39,980 bases of DNA from Parcubacteria group bacterium GW2011_GWA2_38_13. GTDB lineage: Bacteria; Patescibacteriota; Patescibacteriia; Buchananbacterales; GWA2-38-13. This document shows, in pieces, positions 1-8,180 of this stretch. The first letter of the stretch is position 1, and every line of letters starts with the position of its first letter. The stretch lies in contig LBUD01000015.1 in assembly GCA_000992395.1 (NCBI GenBank), forward strand, positions 1 through 39,980, written 5' to 3'. The position numbers and the translations under genes were made by a program. The notes under the pieces are model-generated. The model saw only the letters and a program-made list of their open reading frames with translations, was not told the DNA's origin and made no database searches.

Positions 1-55
1 TAATATTGTTGTATTATATTTTCTGCCATACAAAATAATTATCTGGTATAAATTT

Positions 56-1105
56 TCAAACCTCTTCTAAATCCTTTAGAAGCTGTGTGCCCAAAATTAT
101 TGGCGTAAGATTTTCTTTTATACATAACAACGCTTTTTTAGAAATATGATCCCGCAATTCCTGATTATTTTTTATATCTACTATTGCATCGGCAATAGCA
201 TCTATATCGGCGCGTTTGCATAAATAAACATTTTCTCTATGTGTGAATTTTTCGCGAATGGCAGGAGTATCGGATGTTATAACAGATATGCCCATGGCCA
301 TAAGTTCATACACCTTATTTGGTATTACCCGGTTCACCTTATCGGTATTTCCAAAAATTCCCAAGCCCACGTGGACCGATCCGATAAAATTCATAAGTTT
401 CTCCGGCACCATAACAGGAAAAAAATCAACATTTGAAAGTTTCAATTCATTGGTCGCGAATTCTTTCATCTTTTTATAATCCTGCCCGCCTCCTATAATC
501 CATAATCTTATATTTTCTTTTTCTAATTTTTTCATTGCCCCCAATACATACTCAATGCCATGAAGCGGGGTGATGTACCCATAAAAAACAGCTAGAAAAC
601 ACTTTTCGTTTTTTTGTACATTTAATGGATGATATACATTATCATCAATTCCGTGGTATACCACAATTAATTTTTTTGAATTCATACGAAAGGTTTTAAT
701 AAAATATTGCGCGTGTTCTTTGGTGTCAAGAAGAACTCTGTCGGCAAGCGCGCAAGAAAGCCAATCCATACAATAATACCACAAAGCTTTTAAAGAATAT
801 GGACTGCAATTTTTCCTATCAAACACGTTTCCGTCGTACATAGAGGCAAATGCGTCAAAAACTATTGGTTTTTTTGAAATGAGTTTTGCAAATGGCATAA
901 TAATTTGCCCGGGAAATCCGACTAACATAATATCGTAATTGTTTCTTATTTCTCTGTGCTGTTTATATAAATTCCAAAATTTTTTAAATCCAGGCGTCCT
1001 GTCCTGAACCTCAATTACCTCAACACCACATTTTCTTAGCCCGATAATTGTATTTTTCGCGCGGCAATAATCTTTTTGATAAATTCCGAAGTAACAAATT
1101 TTCAT
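56..1105 (-). CDS. Glycosyltransferase family 4 (GT-B fold)
   Basis: Likely start MKICYFG at 1105 (ORF open to 1135); FYGYITPLHG and PNKVYELMAMGISVITSD match GT4 C-terminal motifs. Confidence 0.9.
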   Translation of the reverse strand: MKICYFGIYQKDYCRAKNTIIGLRKCGVEVIEVQDRTPGFKKFWNLYKQHREIRNNYDIMLVGFPGQIIMPFAKLISKKPIVFDAFASMYDGNVFDRKNCSPYSLKALWYYCMDWLSCALADRVLLDTKEHAQYFIKTFRMNSKKLIVVYHGIDDNVYHPLNVQKNEKCFLAVFYGYITPLHGIEYVLGAMKKLEKENIRLWIIGGGQDYKKMKEFATNELKLSNVDFFPVMVPEKLMNFIGSVHVGLGIFGNTDKVNRVIPNKVYELMAMGISVITSDTPAIREKFTHRENVYLCKRADIDAIADAIVDIKNNQELRDHISKKALLCIKENLTPIILGTQLLKDLEEV

Positions 1106-1113
1106 AAAAAATT

Positions 1114-2082
1114 TTAAATATTTTTTCTCCACCATGCCAGCATATCGGGTAATGTTTGTTGCATAAAATCAATTTCAGGTTTCCAGCCGCTCGCTTTTTT
1201 AAATTTATTATTATCGCCGACAATCGCATTACCGTCATTCGGCCTCGTACCCGATGTATCTTTAATAAATTGAATGTTTTTTATTTCCGATAATCGTATG
1301 AGCGCGTCAAGAATTTCTTGAAGCCGAAGTCCGTTGCCGGAACAAATATTATATACATCGCCCGCTTGGCAATTTTGGGTAGCCATTACATATCCCCTGA
1401 CAATATCCCGAACATCGGTAAAGTCCCGGACAGCTGACAAGTCGCGTATTTCCAAAATTGGCGGCCGTATTCCTTTTTCTATTTCAATAATTTTTCTTGC
1501 CATATTAGAAACAAAAAATATCGGGTTGCGCCGAGATCCCGTATGATTAAACGCCCTCATCCGGATAATTTTCATCCCGTAAGAGATAAAATATTGGTAC
1601 CCCATGTAATCCTGCGCGAGCTTGCTTATGGCATAGGGAGATCTTGGGTGCAATTCTTCGTTTTCTTTAATAGGCAAATTCGCTTCGCCCACAAAACCAT
1701 ATTCCTCCGAAGAGCACGCAATAAGGATTATAGGATCAGCCTTGTCCTTTAACATCCTTACCGCTTCAAAGAGATTGGATTGCCCCAAGATATTCGTAGA
1801 AAGCGTTGAGGTCGGATCTTCCCAGGAAGAATGAACGTAGCTTTGCGCTGCCAGATGGTATATGCGATCCGGCGCCACTTTTGCAACAACCCTCTCAACT
1901 TCTTTTTTATTATTGATGTCGCAGGTCAGGATGTGTATTTTCTCAGAGAATGCTTTAATATTTTTGATATCCGTATCCGGAAGAATTGTACCAAAAATTT
2001 CCGCTTTATTTTTTTGCGATAGTATATATTCGGCAAGATGGCTTCCGGCAAACCCGGCAATACCGGTTATAAAAATCTTCAT
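1114..2082 (-). CDS. GDP-mannose 4,6-dehydratase / GDP-4-keto-6-deoxymannose reductase-like SDR enzyme
   Basis: ITGIAGFAGSHL, HLAAQSYV, SSEEYG, SPYAISK (YxxxK), RAFNHTG, RDFTDVRD. Confidence 0.88.
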   Translation of the reverse strand: MKIFITGIAGFAGSHLAEYILSQKNKAEIFGTILPDTDIKNIKAFSEKIHILTCDINNKKEVERVVAKVAPDRIYHLAAQSYVHSSWEDPTSTLSTNILGQSNLFEAVRMLKDKADPIILIACSSEEYGFVGEANLPIKENEELHPRSPYAISKLAQDYMGYQYFISYGMKIIRMRAFNHTGSRRNPIFFVSNMARKIIEIEKGIRPPILEIRDLSAVRDFTDVRDIVRGYVMATQNCQAGDVYNICSGNGLRLQEILDALIRLSEIKNIQFIKDTSGTRPNDGNAIVGDNNKFKKASGWKPEIDFMQQTLPDMLAWWRKNI

Positions 2083-2083
2083 A

Positions 2084-3358
2084 TTATAAAGTGTGTTCTA
2101 TAATCTTTAAAAATTTCTTAATAATCGCGTCATAAGTATAATTTTCCATAACTCTTTTTCTCGCATCATCGCCCATTTGTTTTTGTAAATTCTCATCTGA
2201 CAAAATTTTGACTATCGCGTCGGCAAGAGCTTTTGAATTTTTTATAGGAACAACAAGACCGGTCTGGCCGTCAATATTAATCTCAGGGCTTGCTCCCGCG
2301 TCAGTCGTTATGACCGGCAAGCCGCACGACATTCCCTCAATAGTCACCTGACCAAATGCCTCCATCCAAATCGAAGGAACCACAAAGACATCCGCGGCAT
2401 TAATATATTCCGGGAGTTCGGAGAATGGCTTCCTGCCAAGTATTTGCACGCTACCGCCTACTCCAAGATTTTCAATCAATGCTTTCATTTTTTCGCTCTC
2501 GCCACCGCCGCCGATGATTGCCAACGACGCGTCAGAAATTCGCGCACGTACCTCAGGCATCGCTTCTAATAAATATCCTATCCCCTTTTCTTCAAAATTT
2601 ATTCTCCCTATAAATAAAATGATTTTCTTTCCCCGTAGCCCAAGTTTTTTTCTTAAATCATTTTTATTCCCAAGGGGTTTGAATATATTCTCTTCAATAG
2701 AGATACCAAGATCTATTGACTTTGATTCATCAAGGCCAAGCTCTTTTCCTTCCCGAATCGCCGCCTTGCTGAGAAAAACTATGGCATCGGCATTTTTATA
2801 AATAGCTTTTGCGTACTTCATCTGCCTTTTTTTCCCGAGCAAAAGCTTAAGCTTAAAATTAAGAATGCCGCCCATCCCGATTTTATAAAAAAATTTGTAC
2901 CATGGCTTTTCGCCAAAAATATCTTTCGGGGTCCTCTGAAAATGCCAGTGCCACGCCGTTATTTGCCGGAATATAAACGGCACACCAAGCCTGTGTTTTA
3001 TTTTTGCAACTGCATAACCGGTTTCACGCGCTTGCCAAACATATACAATTTTACATCCCTGTCTTACAGCTTCCAAAACCATTTTTTGCGTTCGGACACT
3101 ATAAATAAAAAAAATTATTCTGTTAAGGGGCCACGCCCAAATACTCGCCATCATAGGAGGCCAATATCTTTTTATTTTTACCCCATTAACATCCACGCTT
3201 CCCTTTTTAAAAAAACTTAAAAATGGCGCAACTACTGTTACCTCATGCCCGAGCGTTACCAAGCGCCTCATTTTTTCTATAAAATAATGATACGTGCCGA
3301 GATGTTCGCCAATTTCTTTTTCTGTTCCGAATTTATACGCTACAACGCATATTTTCAT
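2084..3358 (-). CDS. Glycosyltransferase family 4
   Basis: FIGRINFEEKG, DVFVVPSIWMEAFGQVTIEGMSCGLPV (Ex7E); likely start MKICVV at 3358 (ORF open to 3373). Confidence 0.92.
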   Translation of the reverse strand: MKICVVAYKFGTEKEIGEHLGTYHYFIEKMRRLVTLGHEVTVVAPFLSFFKKGSVDVNGVKIKRYWPPMMASIWAWPLNRIIFFIYSVRTQKMVLEAVRQGCKIVYVWQARETGYAVAKIKHRLGVPFIFRQITAWHWHFQRTPKDIFGEKPWYKFFYKIGMGGILNFKLKLLLGKKRQMKYAKAIYKNADAIVFLSKAAIREGKELGLDESKSIDLGISIEENIFKPLGNKNDLRKKLGLRGKKIILFIGRINFEEKGIGYLLEAMPEVRARISDASLAIIGGGGESEKMKALIENLGVGGSVQILGRKPFSELPEYINAADVFVVPSIWMEAFGQVTIEGMSCGLPVITTDAGASPEINIDGQTGLVVPIKNSKALADAIVKILSDENLQKQMGDDARKRVMENYTYDAIIKKFLKIIEHTL

Positions 3359-3414
3359 ACAATCATATTTCAAATAAATATTCTTCTTCCTAAATCCATT
3401 TCCCTATCACTCTG

Positions 3415-3423
3415 ATTATACCA
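3415..3423 (-). promoter_or_regulatory. Extended -10 promoter element (TGgTATAAT) abutting palindrome copy 1
   Basis: Minus strand reads TGGTATAAT upstream of the GT4 gene; the -35 position falls inside the palindrome and is non-consensus. Confidence 0.55.
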
Positions 3424-3460
3424 CTTGCAATTTTACTGCGATAGCATAAAAATAACAAGT
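3423..3460. repeat. 38-bp imperfect palindrome, copy 1
   Basis: ACTTGCAATTTTACTGCGATAGCATAAAAATAACAAGT; last base overlaps the stop codon of the PaaX-like gene. Confidence 0.92.
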
Positions 3461-4011
3461 CATACGCTTTTATCAATTTTTATATCTTTAACTTTCAACA
3501 TCTGTACTCCATCTTCTATACCAAAATCTTTAATGATGCTCCGAATATCTTTAATAATATTATTTGAAGTAATCCATATACTCTTTTGAAGCTGATCAAA
3601 ACCCAGATCTTTAAGCTTATTACGAAATATCTCCCGTTTATATTTAAATTTTTCAGGAATATCATAAAAAATCATCAATTGCTCGTTATGGGGCAATTTT
3701 TCTTTCTTTTGAATTTTTAACTGCAAGGAAAAAATCTTTTTCTGCGCTTTGGGGGTCAAAATAAAACCATACGATTTTTCGAATTTCTTTTTTTGTAGAT
3801 ACCCCCTCCTTTTTAAATTTGCCAAAGCACTGTGAATCTTCTGTCTTTTATTTTTATCTTCTAAAAATTCTTCCATCCACTTGCGATTTTCATACCTTTT
3901 CGGCAAACCTCTTAAAAAAGGTGGGATATAATGAAAACTAAAAACATGTTCAGTGGTATCAAAAAAATCAGAAAGAAATAATAACATTTTATCAGATAAA
4001 GAATATCCCAT
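3460..4011 (-). CDS. PaaX-like protein: winged HTH plus Cas2/VapD-like ferredoxin-fold domain
   Basis: IHSALANLKRRGYL...FILTPKA (wHTH) followed by IFYDIPEKFKYKREIFRNKLKDLGFDQLQKSIW. Confidence 0.85.
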   Translation of the reverse strand: MGYSLSDKMLLFLSDFFDTTEHVFSFHYIPPFLRGLPKRYENRKWMEEFLEDKNKRQKIHSALANLKRRGYLQKKKFEKSYGFILTPKAQKKIFSLQLKIQKKEKLPHNEQLMIFYDIPEKFKYKREIFRNKLKDLGFDQLQKSIWITSNNIIKDIRSIIKDFGIEDGVQMLKVKDIKIDKSV

Positions 4012-4049
4012 ATCTTAAAATATCTATCAAAATTATGAATAAACTTTCT

Positions 4050-4087
4050 ACTTGTCATTTTTCTGCGATAGCATAAAAATGACAAGT
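4050..4087. repeat. 38-bp imperfect palindrome, copy 2
   Basis: ACTTGTCATTTTTCTGCGATAGCATAAAAATGACAAGT, 38 bp upstream of the PaaX-like start codon. Confidence 0.95.
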
Positions 4088-4088
4088 G

Positions 4089-4112
4089 ATTATTATTATT
4101 ATTATTATTATT
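4089..4112. repeat. (ATT)8 microsatellite
   Basis: Eight perfect ATT units starting one base after palindrome copy 2. Confidence 0.9.
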
Positions 4113-4141
4113 TTCGTTTTCCGGTTGTGTATATTCCCTAT

Positions 4142-6970
4142 TCATTCCCTCACTTCATATAGCTGATACAGAGCGTCATCGCCTTCGCCATAATAATCAT
4201 TTTCAACTGCTTCTTCAAGTAGTTGTACGCCAAGTCTTTCCAAATCTTCCTTATGCCTTTCCATAAATCGTTGAGAGTTGGGACGAAGGTGCATATCTAA
4301 AAGTACTGGCTTTTTCTGCTCCTTGGCTTTTTCTTTCAGTTTTTGCGTAAATGCCTCCATCATATTCCAGCCGATTCCCTGCCCTTGCGCTTCCGGTGCA
4401 ACCGCGATGTCTTCCAAATACACACAGGGTTCGCCATCAGAGGTTTCATCTTCAACGCCAACAATATACCCAAGCATTTCTAAAGTCTTCTTCCCCTTTC
4501 TCGTCCCCTGCAAGGTAATAGAATATTCCAAACCTTTTTCATCGTTAATATCTTGGATCAAACCCTGTCCCGCGATGAGGTCTTCATCTTCTTGCTGGTA
4601 AATTGTCCTTTCTAATCTTAGGATTTCCGAAAAATCTTTTTCCGTGAGATCCTTGGTGACCAGGCCTTTGAATTGCACCTTGGGAAGGTCTGTCTTTTCC
4701 TTCTTTTCCATATTCTGGCGTTTTGGATTTTCATCTTTTTCATCCCAAATAATTTTTACGCTTTTCTCCTCTGCCTCAAGAAAATAGCCGTCGGGACGGT
4801 TGCTGTTGCCAATTTTTTTGTAGGTGGACTCGTCATCGCGCAATATATTCTGATTGCTCGCGGTGGGAAGGTCATTATTTCTTTTGCCCAAGACAACTTT
4901 TTTTGCGCCTATGGTTCTGGCGTACTCTTGTAAAAACTCAAAAAGCTCTTGAGTAAGCTGTTCCGGATAGTTTGAACTGTACAGCGTATTGGATTCAATA
5001 TTATCTACCACCAAAACTGGAGTGCCCCCCTCATCTTCACCCAGCCAGCACCAAGCGGCCGTCACTGGCTCTTGCTTGGTTTCGTCCCAGATATTAACAA
5101 TTTGAATGCCCAGGTCAGTAGTGTAATCAGCAATGGTTGATTCTGCGCCATCCGCATGGTATCCGCTTTCAATGGAAATACAGCAGGGGGAATAATTGGC
5201 CTGATACAAATCAATATCTGGATTTCTTGCCCAGACAAATATGCTCATGGGCTGGGATTCAAGCTTTTCTTTTTCCGCGTCCTGCCGTTCAGAAAAAAGG
5301 TTAGCCAGAGTGCTCCGGTCAACATCATAGTGAGTGAGCTGTTCCTGGAAACCTTGCTGAATTTCCTGGATCAGCCCGGCTGACCTCTCCTCGCCTAATG
5401 CCGGCAGAATAGTGGCATAAAGAGTATTTCTAAAATCTTCCATTCTCCGCTCTAAAACACTAAATTTTGTCCTAAGCTCATCTTTTGCTTTGGCTATTTT
5501 TTCTTTTTGCTCTCTGATTTCTTTGCCGGATGGCGCCTTTTGGGCAGTGAGCTCCTGAAATTTGGCTTCCGCCTCCATGGCTCTTTCGTGCGCCAGGTGC
5601 ACGTCATTTTTTAGTAATTGGAATGAATTAATGGTATTGATGAGTTTATTCCATACTGATACGGTGGCTGTCTTTTCCTTGGATTTTTCAGTGCTTTCCA
5701 TTCCCTTAAGAATTCCTTGGGATTTTTTCTCATTGCCTTCTCTTTTCGCCTTTTCGTATTCCCCTCTCATCTTGGCAATCTTTTCATCAATGCCACCGCT
5801 TTCTGCCACGGGTATCTGGTGTTCCGAGAGTTCTTTATGATATGGCTTTACCGTTTCTTTGATGAGGTGAGCGTAGCTGTCAATGGTTTCTTTAATTCTA
5901 TTGATCGGCGTGGCAATGGTTTCCGAAAATGCCACGGTGTTTTTGCGAGATGCCAAAGAAAAATATCGTACTTCATCATACGCGAGCCATTGTTCAACAG
6001 CAATGCCGCTGGCTTCAATTGCTTTATATATTTCTGTGTTTCTTTTAAAGTCTTTGAGCTTTTCCTGCATGGCCTGGCGGAACTCCAGGGACTCGGGATC
6101 TATTTCTGGATGTGCTGCCATGATTTCATTTTTGGCAGTGTACAGAAAGGTAATGTTTTCTCTTGAACTAGCATCCAATGATTCAAATTTTACCAAGAGC
6201 TTTGTGCCAAAACGGGGATTTCTCTCTACCGCGTCAAAAAGAAAAGGATTTTCATCAACGGTGGTAAAAAGTTTCTCGGGCGCTCCTCTATAGTTAAATA
6301 ATGACATTACTACTTCAAGGGAACGCGTTGCTTGGCGGTAAAATTGCGCCGATTTTTCCTGAAGCTTTACGAGCAGTTCTTGAAGATCCGGAAATGCATC
6401 AATAATTTCCCGCGGGGTTATCTGAACGAAAAAATTTTCCCTAACTTCAAGGGCAGCATCTACCCAGCCGTGAGACAAATGCTCAATCATACCTTCCTTG
6501 GCAGCGGAATGCAACTCTGGCGATTGTAGAATTTCCTTGGAAACCTTCAATCGATTTTTGATGTTAAGGGCAGAATTTAGCCGGCTGTCAGACAAACACT
6601 TAATCATTCCTTCCTTGGCAGCGGATTGCACGACTTCCTCGGGAACCTTAAAGTCATCTTTGATTTCAAGGGCATCATCTATCTGGTCGCAAGACAAACA
6701 CTTAATCATTCCTTCCTTGGCAGCGGATTGCACGACTTCCTCGGGAAGCTGAGATCCAACTTTGATTAGAAGGGCATAAAATATCCGGCCGTGAGACAGA
6801 TGATCAATCATGCTTTGCTTAGCTTTTTCTTGATCTTCCGTGAGTTTAATTTCTGGTTTTTCTTTATCTGGTTCAGCTTCTTCAACTTTTTCACATTTTT
6901 TATGATCCCCATCCTCCAAGGGCAAGCCACAAGCCGGTTCAAATTGTTGACCTTCGGATTTTTCGGTCAT
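4142..6970 (-). CDS. 942-aa protein: N-terminal helical repeats, coiled coil, uncharacterised YSPCC domain, C-terminal GNAT acetyltransferase
   Basis: Long ORF; YLEDIAVAPEAQGQGIGWNMM is GNAT motif A; PEEVVQSAAKEGMIKCLS occurs twice. Confidence 0.8.
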   Translation of the reverse strand: MTEKSEGQQFEPACGLPLEDGDHKKCEKVEEAEPDKEKPEIKLTEDQEKAKQSMIDHLSHGRIFYALLIKVGSQLPEEVVQSAAKEGMIKCLSCDQIDDALEIKDDFKVPEEVVQSAAKEGMIKCLSDSRLNSALNIKNRLKVSKEILQSPELHSAAKEGMIEHLSHGWVDAALEVRENFFVQITPREIIDAFPDLQELLVKLQEKSAQFYRQATRSLEVVMSLFNYRGAPEKLFTTVDENPFLFDAVERNPRFGTKLLVKFESLDASSRENITFLYTAKNEIMAAHPEIDPESLEFRQAMQEKLKDFKRNTEIYKAIEASGIAVEQWLAYDEVRYFSLASRKNTVAFSETIATPINRIKETIDSYAHLIKETVKPYHKELSEHQIPVAESGGIDEKIAKMRGEYEKAKREGNEKKSQGILKGMESTEKSKEKTATVSVWNKLINTINSFQLLKNDVHLAHERAMEAEAKFQELTAQKAPSGKEIREQKEKIAKAKDELRTKFSVLERRMEDFRNTLYATILPALGEERSAGLIQEIQQGFQEQLTHYDVDRSTLANLFSERQDAEKEKLESQPMSIFVWARNPDIDLYQANYSPCCISIESGYHADGAESTIADYTTDLGIQIVNIWDETKQEPVTAAWCWLGEDEGGTPVLVVDNIESNTLYSSNYPEQLTQELFEFLQEYARTIGAKKVVLGKRNNDLPTASNQNILRDDESTYKKIGNSNRPDGYFLEAEEKSVKIIWDEKDENPKRQNMEKKEKTDLPKVQFKGLVTKDLTEKDFSEILRLERTIYQQEDEDLIAGQGLIQDINDEKGLEYSITLQGTRKGKKTLEMLGYIVGVEDETSDGEPCVYLEDIAVAPEAQGQGIGWNMMEAFTQKLKEKAKEQKKPVLLDMHLRPNSQRFMERHKEDLERLGVQLLEEAVENDYYGEGDDALYQLYEVRE
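6590..6747. repeat. 56-bp perfect intragenic direct repeat with 102-bp period
   Basis: 6590-6645 is identical to 6692-6747; degenerate copies near 6472-6513 and 6793-6812. Confidence 0.9.
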
Positions 6971-7007
6971 AGTATTAAAATTATAAATTACAAATCAGGA
7001 ATAATAT

Positions 7008-7063
7008 ATATTTTCTACTTGTCATTTTACTGCGATAGCATAAAAATGACAAGTAGAAAATAT
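7008..7063. repeat. 38-bp palindrome, copy 3 (core 7017-7054), extended to a 21-bp perfect inverted repeat
   Basis: ATATTTTCTACTTGTCATTTT - 14 nt - AAAATGACAAGTAGAAAATAT. Confidence 0.95.
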
Positions 7064-7097
7064 GTGGGTATAAATTTTAATATTCTTTTATAAATTT

Positions 7098-8168
7098 TCA
7101 TATAACAAATTGTTTTACTATGAATTGTGCCAATGATCCGAGATTGTGTTTTTTCAACACCTCCTCGCGCAAAACTCTTCGAATCTTTTCTTTATTTTGG
7201 CGTGTTAGATTTTTTATCTGGAATAATTTTTTTGCAAGTTCTTTTGGCTGATCTTTTTCTATTAATAAATTATCGCTTACTATTCCCTTGAATGCCTTAT
7301 TGGAAGTAATGACCGTGCATCCGCATGCCATTGCCTCTAAAACGGCCTTATCTACGCTTCCTGTATTGCTTAAATTAATAAAAACATCGGCTTCTTGATA
7401 AAATCTCACAACCTCCTTATTCGGTATCGGTCCTACAAATTCTATAATTTTCTCCAGATCCATGGCCCTTACCATCTGCTTTAAATTATCAAAATAGCTC
7501 TGATGCTCAGGCAATCCGGGTTCGCCTACAATTTTTACAATTAAATTTTTTTCACCGCCGTCGTCCAGCGAATCAATTGCTTTAATCAGGCTCTCTAAAT
7601 CTTTGGTGGGGGAAATTCTTCCTACAGTTAGAATATGAAACAATGCGTCATCAGGATAATCTTTCCATATAGGATGAAACAGCTCGGTGTCAATGCCATG
7701 CCCCGTTGCTAATACTTTTTCGGAATGTATAGGAAAACTTTCCGGCGATGCGGTCAAAATCACGTTAGCCATCTTTACCAACAATTTTAGTTTCCACGTG
7801 ATTGTGCCATGCGTATACCAAGAAACTATTTTTTTCCTATGGATTTTCGCATATGGCCAAATATTTAACGTATACTCCGGATTCATATGGCAAAATATTC
7901 CCTGCACTTTCGGAACAATTTTTATGGCATATTTTTGAAATTCTATGAAACGTCCAAACCGGCTGACTCCGACTTCTTTGCCAAGCGAATAAATCTCAAC
8001 GTTGTCCGGCAATCCCGAAACATCACCTTTTTCAATGCAAATACAATACAACTTCGCATTCGCATCAAGATTTTTCAATTCTTGCGCAATTTTATCCACC
8101 CAGCCATAAGCGAAACCGGCCAAAGCGTCGGCGTGATCAATTTTTCTTGTTATCATGAGTATATTCAT
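7098..8168 (-). CDS. Glycosyltransferase family 4
   Basis: GHGIDTELF, TVGRISPTKD, DVFINLSNTGSVDKAVLEAMACG. Confidence 0.92.
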   Translation of the reverse strand: MNILMITRKIDHADALAGFAYGWVDKIAQELKNLDANAKLYCICIEKGDVSGLPDNVEIYSLGKEVGVSRFGRFIEFQKYAIKIVPKVQGIFCHMNPEYTLNIWPYAKIHRKKIVSWYTHGTITWKLKLLVKMANVILTASPESFPIHSEKVLATGHGIDTELFHPIWKDYPDDALFHILTVGRISPTKDLESLIKAIDSLDDGGEKNLIVKIVGEPGLPEHQSYFDNLKQMVRAMDLEKIIEFVGPIPNKEVVRFYQEADVFINLSNTGSVDKAVLEAMACGCTVITSNKAFKGIVSDNLLIEKDQPKELAKKLFQIKNLTRQNKEKIRRVLREEVLKKHNLGSLAQFIVKQFVI

Positions 8169-8180
8169 ATCTAAAATATA

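Noticed and set aside
3912-4145. 77-aa poly-Asn ORF
   Set aside because: Arises from reading through the (ATT)8 tract and palindrome, and overlaps the PaaX-like gene
6590-6747. DGR template/variable repeat pair
   Set aside because: Copies are identical, tandem and in frame, with no adenine-specific mismatches and no reverse transcriptase
3423-7054. CRISPR array with cas2
   Set aside because: The repeats are separated by 0.6 and 2.9 kb genes rather than spacers, no cas1 or other cas genes are present, and the protein has a wHTH typical of PaaX-like proteins
3423-7054. Integron attC cassettes
   Set aside because: No RYYYAAC/GTTRRRY ends, the sites are too short, and no tyrosine integrase is in the window
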